Assembly (NCBI GenBank): GCA_043228905.1 | Contig: JBHGNT010000001.1 | Span: 31,930,001-31,994,000, forward strand | From: Azolla caroliniana | Taxonomy: Eukaryota > Plantae > Polypodiophyta | Direction of reading: 5' to 3' | DNA: 64,000 nt | Shown here: piece by piece, positions 12,501 to 24,375 of the stretch | Numbering within the stretch: the first letter of the stretch is position 1 | Layout: every line of letters starts with the position of its first letter | The notes under the pieces: generated by a model | Databases searched by the model: none | Told to the model about the DNA's origin: nothing | Seen by the model: only the letters and a program-made list of their open reading frames with translations | Program-made: the position numbers and the translations under genes

Positions 12501-14584
12501 ATCCTTGCAAGAAAGGCAATAAAAACTCGAGAATGAGGGATAACAGAAAAGATTCACAACCCAACAATGTAATATTTTCAACCCAATAAAGTGTATAAAA
12601 CTTCGCGGCATATTATCATACTTTTTAGGTGTTGATCTTGCAATGAGGTCTTTAGGAGTCTTTTAGAAAGATGCCCAGAAAACATTATGAACGCAGTCTA
12701 AGTGGCAGATTTGAAGGCCCATGACATGAGTTTTGCCATCTTCAATGCTCGTTGCTCACCTAAATTGATCAAAGTGTTTTAGCTGACAAAATGTGGTTTT
12801 AACTCTTTCTTAAAGGTTTCATTTGGAAGATCACCACGGCAGGAATACCAACATCATCAAGGTGAAAGCCAGCAAATCCCGAAAGTGAAAACAGATCGGC
12901 ATCAACATGTAATGCTTCTGGGGGCATTTTTGTAATCTAGTTGGAGGATTAAATTAGGAATGCTGACATTTTGATCATTCTTGAAGGACTCTTCTGGAAG
13001 GCCTCTCAGGCAACAATACCAACACAATCAAAATGATAATAAGCGGAGCCCAAAAGTACAAATGGATCGGCGTCACAATGTAATGCTTATATTCCAGTAT
13101 GAATCATATTGCCAAGAATGTATATGTATATTAGGAATGCTGACCTCTTACTTATTTTTGAAGGATTTCTCTGGAAGGCCACCAAAACAACAATACCAGC
13201 AGAATTCTAAACCGCACGCAGATCAACCTTCTCGTGTAATGCTTCCAATATTTGTGTAACTTTATAAAAGTACGTTTGTATGTTGGAAATGCTGATACCA
13301 TACTATAATTTCTGAAGGATTATTCAGGAAGGCCACCAAGACAACAAAACCAACCAATTTCTAAACCACATGCAGATCAAAATTCACAGGTAATGCTTCC
13401 AATGGCATAATTTATATGACCTAATCATGGTAGGTTTTTATGTCAGAAATGGTGACGTCTTACTTATTTTTGAAGGATTCTTCTGGAAGACCAGCCAGAC
13501 AACACTACCAACAAAACTCTAAACTGCAGGCAAATCATCACGCTCAAGTAATGCTTCCAATGCCATAATTTAAATAACCTAATCACAATTCCTTGAAATG
13601 CTGACATGTTCGTGAAATTTGAAGGATTCTTCTGGAAGGCAATCTAGAAAAAATTACCAAGACCATGGATATGAGAATGTACAGAGCACCAAAGACATGG
13701 CAGATATGACCCCGGGGTACCAGTCTCAGTCCTCAGCCCATCGGTTGCATGATGCCGATTCAGGAAGACAAGGGAGCATTTACTCGGATGACCTGGAGAT
13801 CAGCCAGACACACAATGTTGAAGGGAGTAGTTTTTCTTCACCGAATTATTCCCAACGGTCAAATCATCTCCCAGTACAAGACCATCTCCAAGCACCAAGA
13901 CATGTGGTGACAGGTGTTGGAATTCCAATGGCTGGCCCTATGCTCCAATTCGGAATTCCTGCTTCCAACCCATCACATCAGCAACAAGGGGTTACTTTTT
14001 CCAACCAAGTGCCACCGGGATTTCCTGTTGCGAACCAGCGACACCAGCCGAGAGTTGAAGCTGTGCAAGGATGGCCAACGACATCCACACATCCAACTGA
14101 TCATTCTGGAACATACACTTACCAAGATATTCACCAACCTCTATCTCAGCTCTCCTCTTTAGGTAACCAACAGCAAGCCACTCAAGTACTTGTTGGAAGA
14201 CCTTCACATAATCAAATTCAAGGTGCAAATGCAATAGGTGGTGGCTATCATCATCATACAGTGGGTGTACAACAAGCACATGCGTTTAACGCCCCTGTTC
14301 TAGGCATACCAGCTACACCACAAGCAGTTGCAAATTTCAATCATGCGTCACAAGGAACTTCTATTAAAAGCTTTTTGACATCACCACATCTGAATTCTCC
14401 TGCTGGTTTTCATCAGGGTTCATCTACTTGGGAGCCACAGGAGCAGTTTCAGTCCACTAGGCAGCAGCAGAAACATCATCAACAACAACATGATGGTTCA
14501 GGTCCATACCATCATTCTCCACAGGATCTCTCTGCTGGTTTTTCAAGTAATAGAAATGGCCAGTATTCTGGCCGGAGGTTTTGA
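9517..14584 (+). CDS. NAF1: H/ACA ribonucleoprotein complex non-core subunit NAF1 (Gar1/Naf1 domain)
   Basis: Exons 9517-10629, 11063-11140 (NLPPVPKVSVTL), 12083-12568 (IVEG..ALDEGSILWITDKRLPLGIIDELFGPVKKPFYLVRYN...KGYD...FSDDEKEAEY), 12816-12908, 12987-13079, 13164-13235, 13318-13389, 13476-13547, 13625-14584. All junctions are phase 0 GT-AG. The N-terminus is acidic and the C-terminus is Q/H/P-rich. Confidence 0.92.
10243..10417 (+). repeat. Coding GAA/GAG tract giving ~58 mostly Glu residues in NAF1 exon 1
   Basis: (GAGGGA)n(GAAGAG)n(GAA)n(GAAAGA)n read directly, in frame. Confidence 0.95.
12780..13660 (+). repeat. Tandem array of duplicated intron+exon units (~150-180 bp period) in NAF1
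   Basis: Consensus unit: (T)GCTGAC branch point...TTGAAG|GA(T/C)TCTTCTGGAAG(G)CC...CAA(T/C)ACCAA...|GTAATGCTT. Six recognisable acceptors and five donors. Confidence 0.9.
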
Positions 14585-16378
14585 TTGTATACCTCAGATT
14601 TTAAAGACAATGATCAACAATGAGAGAATGTTTTTGTTCATCCTAACCAAATCATGTCTGAATTGATGAAGTTTCTGTTCATGTATGTCTTAAGAGTGCT
14701 AACAGAGCCATGCATATTGAAAACGTATTTTTGATCTTTAGTTCTCATATTCAATGGGCTCATGCATAATGTGTCAGAGTCTCATTTACAATCTTCACAG
14801 GTTGGTCCTGCTACATGCGTCGTGAACATAGCTTGCAATTTTAGCACCTATATGGTTTGTGTTCCCTAGATATCTAGGTGGATTCTTGCAATGATTGGCT
14901 TAATGCAAAATACTAGTACAGGATATGGCAGTTTCTGGAGACATGTAAACAAGGCCACAAGTCCTCTGCTAGATGATAGTGTTGTTAATTATTCTCAATG
15001 CGTTTTTTTTAGCATTGTGTATTCATGGATATGCAATATGTCATTAGCTTATTCATATGGTTAGCTCATAACTACCAATGCATTATTCAAGTGGTTGCTA
15101 CATAATACAATCTTCATCAGGTGGCAGGTGAGAGTATTCAACTCCAATGCGCTCATGGCTATATCATGTATGCTATGTGCATATCAATTATGTTATTAAT
15201 GTGATGAGTATGCGTGGTTTTGTATATTAATTAGTTTATTGTTGTGGCTGCTACATAAATTGATCGATGCCTCTTGGTGAGTTTTGAATGTTTAATGTCC
15301 ATATGGCTTTTGTCTATGTGCAAAGGCGTGCTTCGTAGCCACTAGGTTATTGAGATGGTTAGTAAAAGCCCATTAATGCATGAACTTATCACCCATTCAA
15401 GTGTTGATATTCTATTAGTCATCAATGAGATAGGTGAAAGTCCTATCTATCCAATATTAGTTCATATTTGGTATGACCTGATTGACTTCAAGTAGGGTTG
15501 TATGGTGTTGCATTTTGTTCTCTATATGTTTTTGCTCTTGTATGAAGCCTTTGGCCCCATCTTTTTATATTTACTTTTGCTCTTTGTGTAAAATTAGGTA
15601 CAATTACTATAGCATAATGTATGGCATAGTATATCTCCAATGCATTAGTCTTTGGCAAGACTTTTGGTTCCAAGAGATTTCATGGAAAAATATGTGGATG
15701 AATGACGTAGATTATTGGTACATCTCACCCAACATGTGATTAGAAGGTGATGACAATCATGGCTATTACATCCTTTGTTTTCCCTTGTTTGTGATAAGTT
15801 GAGCCAAACATCCATGAATAAATCATTCTTTGACTTATTAAGATTGTTTTCAAGCTTGTGGATAGACTTGGTAGGTGCAAGAAAGGTTTCATTGCCAAAC
15901 AACTCATGTACGTCACTATTTTGAGCAATTCACAAAACAACAATAAGACCCATGAAAGCTTTAGAAGGCATTATTAGATGCTTCATGATATGCATTGTCA
16001 ATCTTCAAGATACCATGGGACATAGTTCAACATGCATTGTCAATCTTCGAAAGTTCCTTGATACAATGGGGGAAGGGGGGGGGGGGGGGAGCTTTGGAGG
16101 GTTGCTTTCACATTTCTGAAGGTCCACCATATCGATTCCTTCTTTCTCTACATACCACAGGTCTATTGTTGTTAAGGGCAATGTGTTTACAGAATCGATA
16201 GCGAGTGTGTTATGATGGCACCGCACCTTATATGCTTTATGGGAAGGAAATATGAGAACATGTTTTGTTGATGATGGAAGGGGATATAAAATATATATGT
16301 ACATATGTAGGCATATATGATGTGAGTTTAGGTGGGTTTACACCTTCAAAAGTTGGTATAATAGCTTTGGGAAAAACT

Positions 16379-16439
16379 TACGTGCCATAGCAATTTGGCA
16401 CGTGTTAAAAGTTGCTTATTGGAACACTGCATGCATGCA
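16379..16439 (+). promoter_or_regulatory. ABRE/G-box plus RY-element cluster upstream of oleosin 1
   Basis: TACGTGCC 16379-16386, CACGTG 16399-16404, TGCATGCATGCA 16428-16439. Telo-boxes AAACCCTA(A) at ~16532, 16617 and 16664. Confidence 0.6.
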
Positions 16440-16701
16440 GAAGAAATTGAGATTCTTCTTCTTCTTCTTCTTCTTCCTCTTCGATAAAGTGATCATACTT
16501 ACCATATAGCTGCTCCATTCATAACCTAATCAAACCCTAGCATATACTTCTCTCTGTCTGTCTGTCTGTCTTGTCTCATTAGATCACATCTCAGTGACCA
16601 TCTCTTACATCCTTAAAACCCTAATCATTCTTCTCATCAACTCTCTCTCCCTTCGATCCTTAAAACCCTAACCACTCAAATACCATAACCGCTCAAATAC
16701 C

Positions 16702-17160
16702 ATGGCCCAGCAAGCTACTCGAGAGCTGCGGGACCAGGCTCGCGAGGTGCACGATCATGCACGGGGACACGCCCAAACCCTAATCCAGAAGGTAAAAACG
16801 CACAGCCCTCGTACCCCTCTGGGCTGGGTAGCTCTGCTCGCAGTGGGAGGTATCCTCGCATTTGGATCTGCGATCGCCCTAATTGTCCTCACCCCCGTCT
16901 TCCTGTTCTTCAGCCCAATCCTTGTCCCCCTGGGGGTTATCCTCTTCTTGTGCACTGCAGGATTAGTCACCGCCGGCGGCTCTGCGCTCGTTGCCGGCTC
17001 TGCCATCACATGGATCTATAAGTATTTCAAGGGGCGTCACCCGCCTGGGTCTGACCAGATCGAGCATGCCATGACCAGACTCCATGACACTGCGGAGCAC
17101 ATGAAGCACAAAGCTCGCGATTTAGGTGGCCACATGCTAGAGGCTGCACCCGGGGCATAA
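16702..17160 (+). CDS. Oleosin, U (universal) lineage
   Basis: Intronless, 152 aa. Long hydrophobic hairpin with proline knot PVFLFFSPILVP (PX5SPX3P), then YFKGRHPPGSDQ and the C-terminal AAPGA typical of U-oleosins. Confidence 0.96.
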   Translation: MAQQATRELRDQAREVHDHARGHAQTLIQKVKTHSPRTPLGWVALLAVGGILAFGSAIALIVLTPVFLFFSPILVPLGVILFLCTAGLVTAGGSALVAGSAITWIYKYFKGRHPPGSDQIEHAMTRLHDTAEHMKHKARDLGGHMLEAAPGA

Positions 17161-19626
17161 AAAGAGGATTAATTTTGAAGCCTTTTCTGTTTATGGTAAG
17201 TGAATATATATATATATATCAAGAAATACATGGGGATTGTCATGATGTACATCCCAGTGATCAATCCAGACTTGGTGATTTTGAGTAGAAGTGTGACCCG
17301 AGCGATGATATAAATATTGTAGATTTGAAGATCCAAAAGACCTCCCATAAAAATGGTAACTCTACATCCTATCAATGTTCAAGAGATTTAATATGATAAT
17401 GTAATTATATGTCAGCGCAATCTTCATCCACAATTTATATGTGAAATGACTTTTTTTATTCGAAAGACAGATTGGTAAATACATACGATAATAAGATCGA
17501 AATTTTTTATTGTAATTTGGAATTGTCTAAAAATATGGCGGACTTTTGAGATATGTATCGACTTATTTATCTAAATTTCTGTTGTTTCACTTTACCAAAG
17601 AAACGAGAGTTTTTGATGGATTTTTAATTAATTGAACAACGAACATGTATCCGTGATACGTGAGTATTTCGAATGTGAGTAATTTGGATAATAATCACTG
17701 ACCTTAATTACTTTCGGATAATTAATAACTACCGACCTGTCATCATGTGTAACAGAATATGCTGGTTTAGAAAGTTCTTCCTTTTTTGGCAATTCTGTGG
17801 AATTTTAGTAATTTTGATAATTATCACCGGCCTTGTAGGAAATTTTCTCTGTAGAATTGACCTATCTGATCGATTGATCAAGATATTTTTAGTATTAATA
17901 GAGAATTAGATAAAATTCTAATCTTAACTCACCCCTTTGGAAAATGAGGACAGACCCCTCTGGCGGAAAATGAAACAGTAACGGAAAATGAAACAGTAAT
18001 CTCTACTGAGGACTGACCCCTCTGCGGAAGGATGAAACACTAATCTGTAATTTGCCTCTTGGCTGACCGTATTTTACCTGGTTCATTAGATGGAGCTCAA
18101 TGTGTGTGTGTGTGTGTATACCATCTCAATGGTGGAGGTCATGTATATATGTATATGCCAGTAGAATAGATGATCATATTATGGACGCATTTCAGAAAGA
18201 TATTATTTTGATGCGCATCACAGTAAGGATTTTATTAATGGTGGCATGAAAATCTGCACAGAAATTTGGGAAGAAGTTTTCCGATAACCCAAGCTGTCAC
18301 TTGTCATGAATCTTCAAAATGTGACTGCTCAGTGAAGTGGCAGTCATGGATCTTTCATGTCATGATACACCGACCTGGTCTTTCATCATACAAAATCTTA
18401 AATAGTGTACAATTTATTATTCGACTGTGCGATCCTCAAATAATATGGGGTCTACAAAGAGATACTCCCCTCATAGAACTAGTGATCCTCTAAAAATATG
18501 GGGTCTACAAAGATTCTTCCCTCATAGAACCAATGCTCCGATGCAAACAATCATAGCTATACTTGGGAAAGAGAACTCGTGATTATCTATCCAGGTTATA
18601 TATAACAGATGTGAGGATTTGTTGGATGAAATGTTCCAACTCTGCCACTGCGATGAAACATGGATGCCATATGATATATGATCAAAAAACTATTTGGCCT
18701 TGGCAAGACATGTCACTTTTCTTCTTAACTAACTTTTCCTACTAGGTAATTATTGAAGACGTATATGATCAGAGACAAACCAACCATATACAATTTCGGT
18801 CATGGGATGATATATATTATGAAAAGAATATTGAAGGATTAGGAATTGGGCCATGGCAAGACATGGTAGGTTTTCACAATTCTTAGTGATCACATGGTGC
18901 ATATGATCAAAGACTATTATTTGGCCTTCGGACATAAATTTTAATAAAAAGACAATCAATGCCAACATTCAATCTATATGTATATATTGCTCGCCAATAT
19001 GAAATGATAATGGTAAAATCGGGTCACAATCTTTTGGAGGAGGCATCGAGTCTTATGGAGATATGGACATGAAAAGTCGCTAAATCAACACAGTTTCGAG
19101 AGAGAATTAGAAATTCTCACCCACCACCAGTAAGTAGGAGATATCCAAATGAAAGAGAGTCACCAAATGAACACGCAGTTTCAAGAGAGAATTTGTAAAT
19201 ATACGCCAATCAAATAAAGAGTACCATACGTTGAAAATAGAAGGGAAAAGAAAATTCTAATTTCATACATTTGTAATCTGGAATGTAACAGCAGTTTTTT
19301 TTTTTACTGAATGTAAAGATAAACCATCATTATATATTATACTTCAAAAATCTGTATAATAATGAATCATTCATAATGGGCAGGGCAATACCAGTTTCCT
19401 GTAAAGCCATACATATTCATTCACCCTTCTGAGCTTAAATTATAGTATACTAGGATAATATATGATCTGATCACACAATATACTGTTGTTTTGAACACCA
19501 AACAGACAGGTCCTGAATAGGATGGCACTAAATGAGTTTTCATCTTCGGAGCCATCCGCCCAGGTGCCAGTAGTAACTGCCATCAAAGACTTTTTAGATA
19601 CCTGATCTATATAACACCTGGTCTTG

Positions 19627-20082
19627 CTAAGCTCCTGGTGCAGCAGCTTCCTGCACTGTGGCCTGCGTTTGTCCGCCCAAATCGAGCGCCTTGTGCTTGA
19701 CGTGCTCGGCGGTGTCATGGAGGCGGGAGATGGCGTGCTCGATTTGGTCAGACCCAGGAGGGTGCCTGCCTTTGAAATATTTGTAGACCCATGCGATGGC
19801 CGAGCCGGCCGCGAGAGCCGTGCCGCCGGCAGTCACCAGCCCGGCTGTGCAGAGAAAGAAGATGAGGCCGAGGGGGACCAGGATGGGGCTGAAGAAGATG
19901 AAGACAGGGGTAAGGACAATGAGACCGATGACAGATCCTACGCTCAGGATCCCTCCCAGGGCAAGCAGCATGACCCAACCCAAGGGCCCCGGGGTTGGGC
20001 GGTGAGATTTCAGCTTCTGGAATAGGGTTTGGGCATGCTCCCTGGCTTGATCCTGCACCTCTCCAGCAGCTTGCTCCGCCAT
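19627..20082 (-). CDS. Oleosin, U (universal) lineage, paralogue in convergent orientation
   Basis: Intronless, 151 aa. Proline knot PVFIFFSPILVP, YFKGRHPPGSDQ, C-terminal AAPGA. Confidence 0.96.
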   Translation of the reverse strand: MAEQAAGEVQDQAREHAQTLFQKLKSHRPTPGPLGWVMLLALGGILSVGSVIGLIVLTPVFIFFSPILVPLGLIFFLCTAGLVTAGGTALAAGSAIAWVYKYFKGRHPPGSDQIEHAISRLHDTAEHVKHKALDLGGQTQATVQEAAAPGA

Positions 20083-20310
20083 TGGATATAAGTGATTATA
20101 GCAGTAGATGATGGGTGATGATGATAATTTGGGAATTTATAATACGATTTAGGGTTTTACAAGAAGGGTAACAGGCAAGCGGATTGCAAAGTAAGTATGT
20201 CAGAAAGATCAGAATTGCAGGAGGCAAGGCTGTTAGGCTCTGAATGGGGAAAAGGGGGAGGAGGGGTGTTGGATTTATTATTGATGATGCCTTTGTGCTG
20301 TGCCATGAGA

Positions 20311-20367
20311 CATGGCATGGCATGGCATGCCCCTGTGCATGCATGACAACACAGTACTGCTGCATGC
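20311..20367 (-). promoter_or_regulatory. RY-like CATG cluster upstream of oleosin 2
   Basis: CATGCATGCA (20336-20345, minus), CATGCA (20361-20366) and (CATGG)3CATGC at 20311-20330. Telo-box at ~20149-20157. Confidence 0.55.
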
Positions 20368-22643
20368 TCCTTTCTCCCTCCCCAAAACATACAATCCTTT
20401 ATCATGTCGTTTTCCTTCACAATCTAAAAAGTAACAGGGTGTGCCGATCAAGCCCTCCCCTCCCTACTGCTGGTACCTTAGTTTTTTAGGGTTAGGGTTT
20501 TATTGATTTATTTGTCACACACATTGGTTCTCAATGCTCATCATGATTACACAAGCTTTGGTCTATCTCACGAGTCACAGTGAATGAATGGATTTTTGAA
20601 AGAGCCTTGAGAGACATTCTCTCAGGCCCACCACTCACATCTTTCCTTGAAAATTTGATGATATGTATATGCGACAATTATTTAGGGATATCCGTTGGAC
20701 TTATCCCCCCGATCGATTTGGTTTTGGCTATGAAAGAAACATGTCGCGGTGCGAGCTATTTTCTTCATGTGTATTGATTGCAAACATATTATGTCGATGC
20801 AAGCTCTTTTCTTCATCGAGTTGAGGCTACATTGACTACTCGATGAATTATTTGTATGCAATCGGCGTCGGTTTGTGTTGGGTATTCATGTAATTATGTT
20901 AAAACTCGAATGAGAAGGCATCTTCCCTATAGCTAGAGATGCAAATGGTCGTGACAAATTGATTTGTACACAGAATTCAACCTCATTGTCTCCTTTAGTT
21001 AACATCATCAAATTTGGTTGGATGTTATACTAGCCCCTTCTTCTATAAAATGCTACATCCTAAAAATGTGGTCAACTTCTTGCATTGCCATAGGTGCCCT
21101 TGAACAATTGGGAGTTGTGACATTAAACTCCTCTTCCTAGTCTCTTAATTGCAAAATGATTTGGAATCGTCCCATCAATCCCTTGTACCCATGGTCTACA
21201 GGCTATAATTTATGATTGCAAGTCAAACCCTTAAAACTTCCTATTTACGAATAAAAATCATTTGCTCTTTCCAGTTACGCAAATATCACTTCCCATTTAC
21301 GAATAAAAATCATCATAAGTATGGTATCATCATTTTATATATATTAATTCGGCAATCTCAATAGCTTACTTCGTTGCATCAATATATTTGAACCTCACCA
21401 ACATCTGCCATTATCATCAATGTCAATTGAGTAAATAAATAAAATAATCATGACGACGTCGTCTCGCATATCCTCGTGCTTTTGAGAAACTTCAGACTAA
21501 TGATGATGATATGCACCAAATATGATTCACCAATTTACCTTATGGAATAATACATCGAACCAAGAACAAAACAATTGTTGTGTGATTTCAATAAATATCA
21601 TCATACCCACAAATATGATAATGGTGAATTATGGGTGTGATGATATTTATGACGCTATGAGTATGAAGGTGAGTGAGAACCTCGTATTTATGGTGTTAGA
21701 ATGGCATTAATCTCAATTTCCATTCAGAAAGTTGGCTAAAATTTGGAAATTCTAAATATAAAGGGAATGGAATGCAAAATTCAACTAAACCAATGAATAA
21801 ATGTTTTCCAAATACGTTGGATGTTGCAATCATTTCAATGCATTCACTTTGTGTCAATGCCCAACTAGCTAGCCCCATAATAACTCTCGCGATTGATCAT
21901 CTAGTTGGCTTGCATTTCTTGTTTGTTTTCCGCAACATATAAAGACAATGCTCCCATATTATGTTTTTGAGGTTCAATACCTTGGCTTTTCAGGTTTCTA
22001 ATCTAGTATGTTCTCGTGAGATGGTTGTAATGCTCTTCCAATTGTCCGATTCTTGGTTTCAAGCATAAATTCATCATTATGATTTTGTATATTTGTTGTT
22101 GCTTTTGTAGTGTTTCTTGTGATCGTCCAATTTCTTGGATCGTCTGACCTTTAGTTATAAGCATAAAACTTTAAAAGTATATTCAACTTTGCGATCCCAA
22201 TTGGTGTTCGAAGCCTATCCTTCTTTTCATATGTTTGGAGCTTGTTCTTTATCTTGAACAAGTGTTCGCCTTTCTCCCCGATAGTGTGAAATTGAATCGG
22301 AGCTTGGGACCATTGGGCTCGACTCCAGAGACACCTTCACCATTTGAATGGAAACCTCCACCCCCCATTTATATTTAGGGGAAATTTCAAAAATACTCTC
22401 ATCGTTTTGCCAAACATTCTATCCTTTTTATCTATCAAAATAAATCAAAAGCTCTACAGACCCTCCAGAAGTGCTTAAGAACAATATTTTTTTTTGACAA
22501 AAGCCACTGCGTTGCTCTGCTGCAACCATGGATTGCTCTGAGCTTGCAGCATGGCGGGGACGAAGAAGAAGAAGACGATGTGGAAGATTCTTTTGAGGAA
22601 ACAGAGGAATAGAGTAAGTTCTCCTGCATACTCTCCGATAGTT

Positions 22644-24344
22644 ATGGATTGCTTGGAAGTTGGTCTTAAAGCTTGGATATTTTCGCCCCACTGTCATCCT
22701 CACACCTCTTGCTTCAGGCTCGGTAAGAAATACCTAAATCAGAAAGCTTCTGTAATGTATCAAGCTTCCACTCAGATTATCTCTGAAGGAAAGAACTTTC
22801 GGGAAGCTTCAGACCCAACAAGCATATTGTCATCACCATCAACATTAGACCTTTCTTCATTGTATAAAAGCCATGAGAAAACTAGCACTGTCCATGAAGT
22901 GGTAGAGAACATCATCTCAGGAACAGGGGAAGTGGGTCTCTCTGAAAGAGAGATATCTCTGAGAAGGTCTCTAAGAGTGAGGAGAGAAACTGTGCAAGAG
23001 CTCCTCATCGAAGCCTTGAAGGGGCAGAAATTGGGTTCAACTTTCTGTAATGAGATGGTGAAAAACATGCAAGAATTTGTTGATCATATCATGATTGAGT
23101 GTGCTGCTTTGAGGAAAAGTCCACAGTATGCAAATGCACCATTTTCGTTCCGAGTTCGGATTTACATCGAGAAAACCAAAGTAGCAAAAACAATAAGGTT
23201 AGTTTGTTTAACAATCTTATGAGGATTCTAGACGGGTTATTTTAAGCAAGAGCTAAGAATGAAAGACAAGATTGAAGGAAAGAATAACTTTTGTGAACCT
23301 TTGGCTTTCTTCTACTTGTAGATGGCTGAAACATAATAGGTTTCCAGTCTCGAAAATAGGGAAATTAATCTATATGGTGGAGGATCATGAAGGAAATTTG
23401 CAACCAAAAATCGATTGGTTCAAAAGTATCAATCTAAAAGGAAAGGAGCTCGCTATTGTGTTGACAAGAGAACCTCGGATACTAGAGATCACAATTGTGG
23501 AACTTAAGAAGCGGGTTGACATTTTATTGAAGAGTGGTGTGAGAAGTGAGTGGATTGGGTGGGTTGTGAAGAGATCTCCAAGAGTTTTTGCATGTAGTAA
23601 AGAAGAGTTAGAGGAAAGAATCAGCTTCTACACAAGTCTTGGTGTTATTGGAGACGAATTTGGTACAATGGTGTACAATTTTCCAGCATGTCTCGGCCAT
23701 TTCTCATTGGAAGAGATGTACAGCAAGGTATGCATGTGTAAAGCTTGATTAGTTTTTATTATGCCACTGAGTGTATATCTGGTATTTCCATTATATCTGG
23801 TTCATCTCTTCATTGGATATGACTACAAATGCTATGCTGTGATCAGAAAAGTCTCCTAATAAGGTGAACCAAATATGTTTGCTTCTCTATGATGAAAATT
23901 CTGTATGTGAAATAATGCATGCACATATGTGCTCGGCTTTCTTGTGGAGATTTGAGTATGACACTTAAATTATCATGCTTGTCTGTCAAGTTATTATACT
24001 GAACCCTTCTGAAAGGCAGTTACTATTCTGTAATAAAAACTCTATTTGTGAAAATAATCCACGCGCATATGTGCTCACCCTTCTTGGTGGAGATTTGAGT
24101 ATGACACTTAAATTATCATGCCCGTCTAACAAGTTATCATACTAACCCCGTCTGAAAGGAGGTTACTACTCCTCTTTAAGTGAATATAATGCACTCATAT
24201 ATCTACTCACCCTTCTTGGTGGAGATTTGAGTATGACACTTCATGTCTGTCTAACAAGTCATAATAATATACTTGTCGTGAATTACCCAAGCAAGTCATA
24301 AAATTCTTGGTGAGCAAATGAGAACTAAGTGAGTGAGGTAGAGA

Positions 24345-24375
<31 letters not shown>

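Noticed and set aside
12780-13660. CRISPR-like repeat-spacer array
   Set aside because: Eukaryotic context. The conserved parts are splice signals and coding sequence, and the 'spacers' are homologous to each other.
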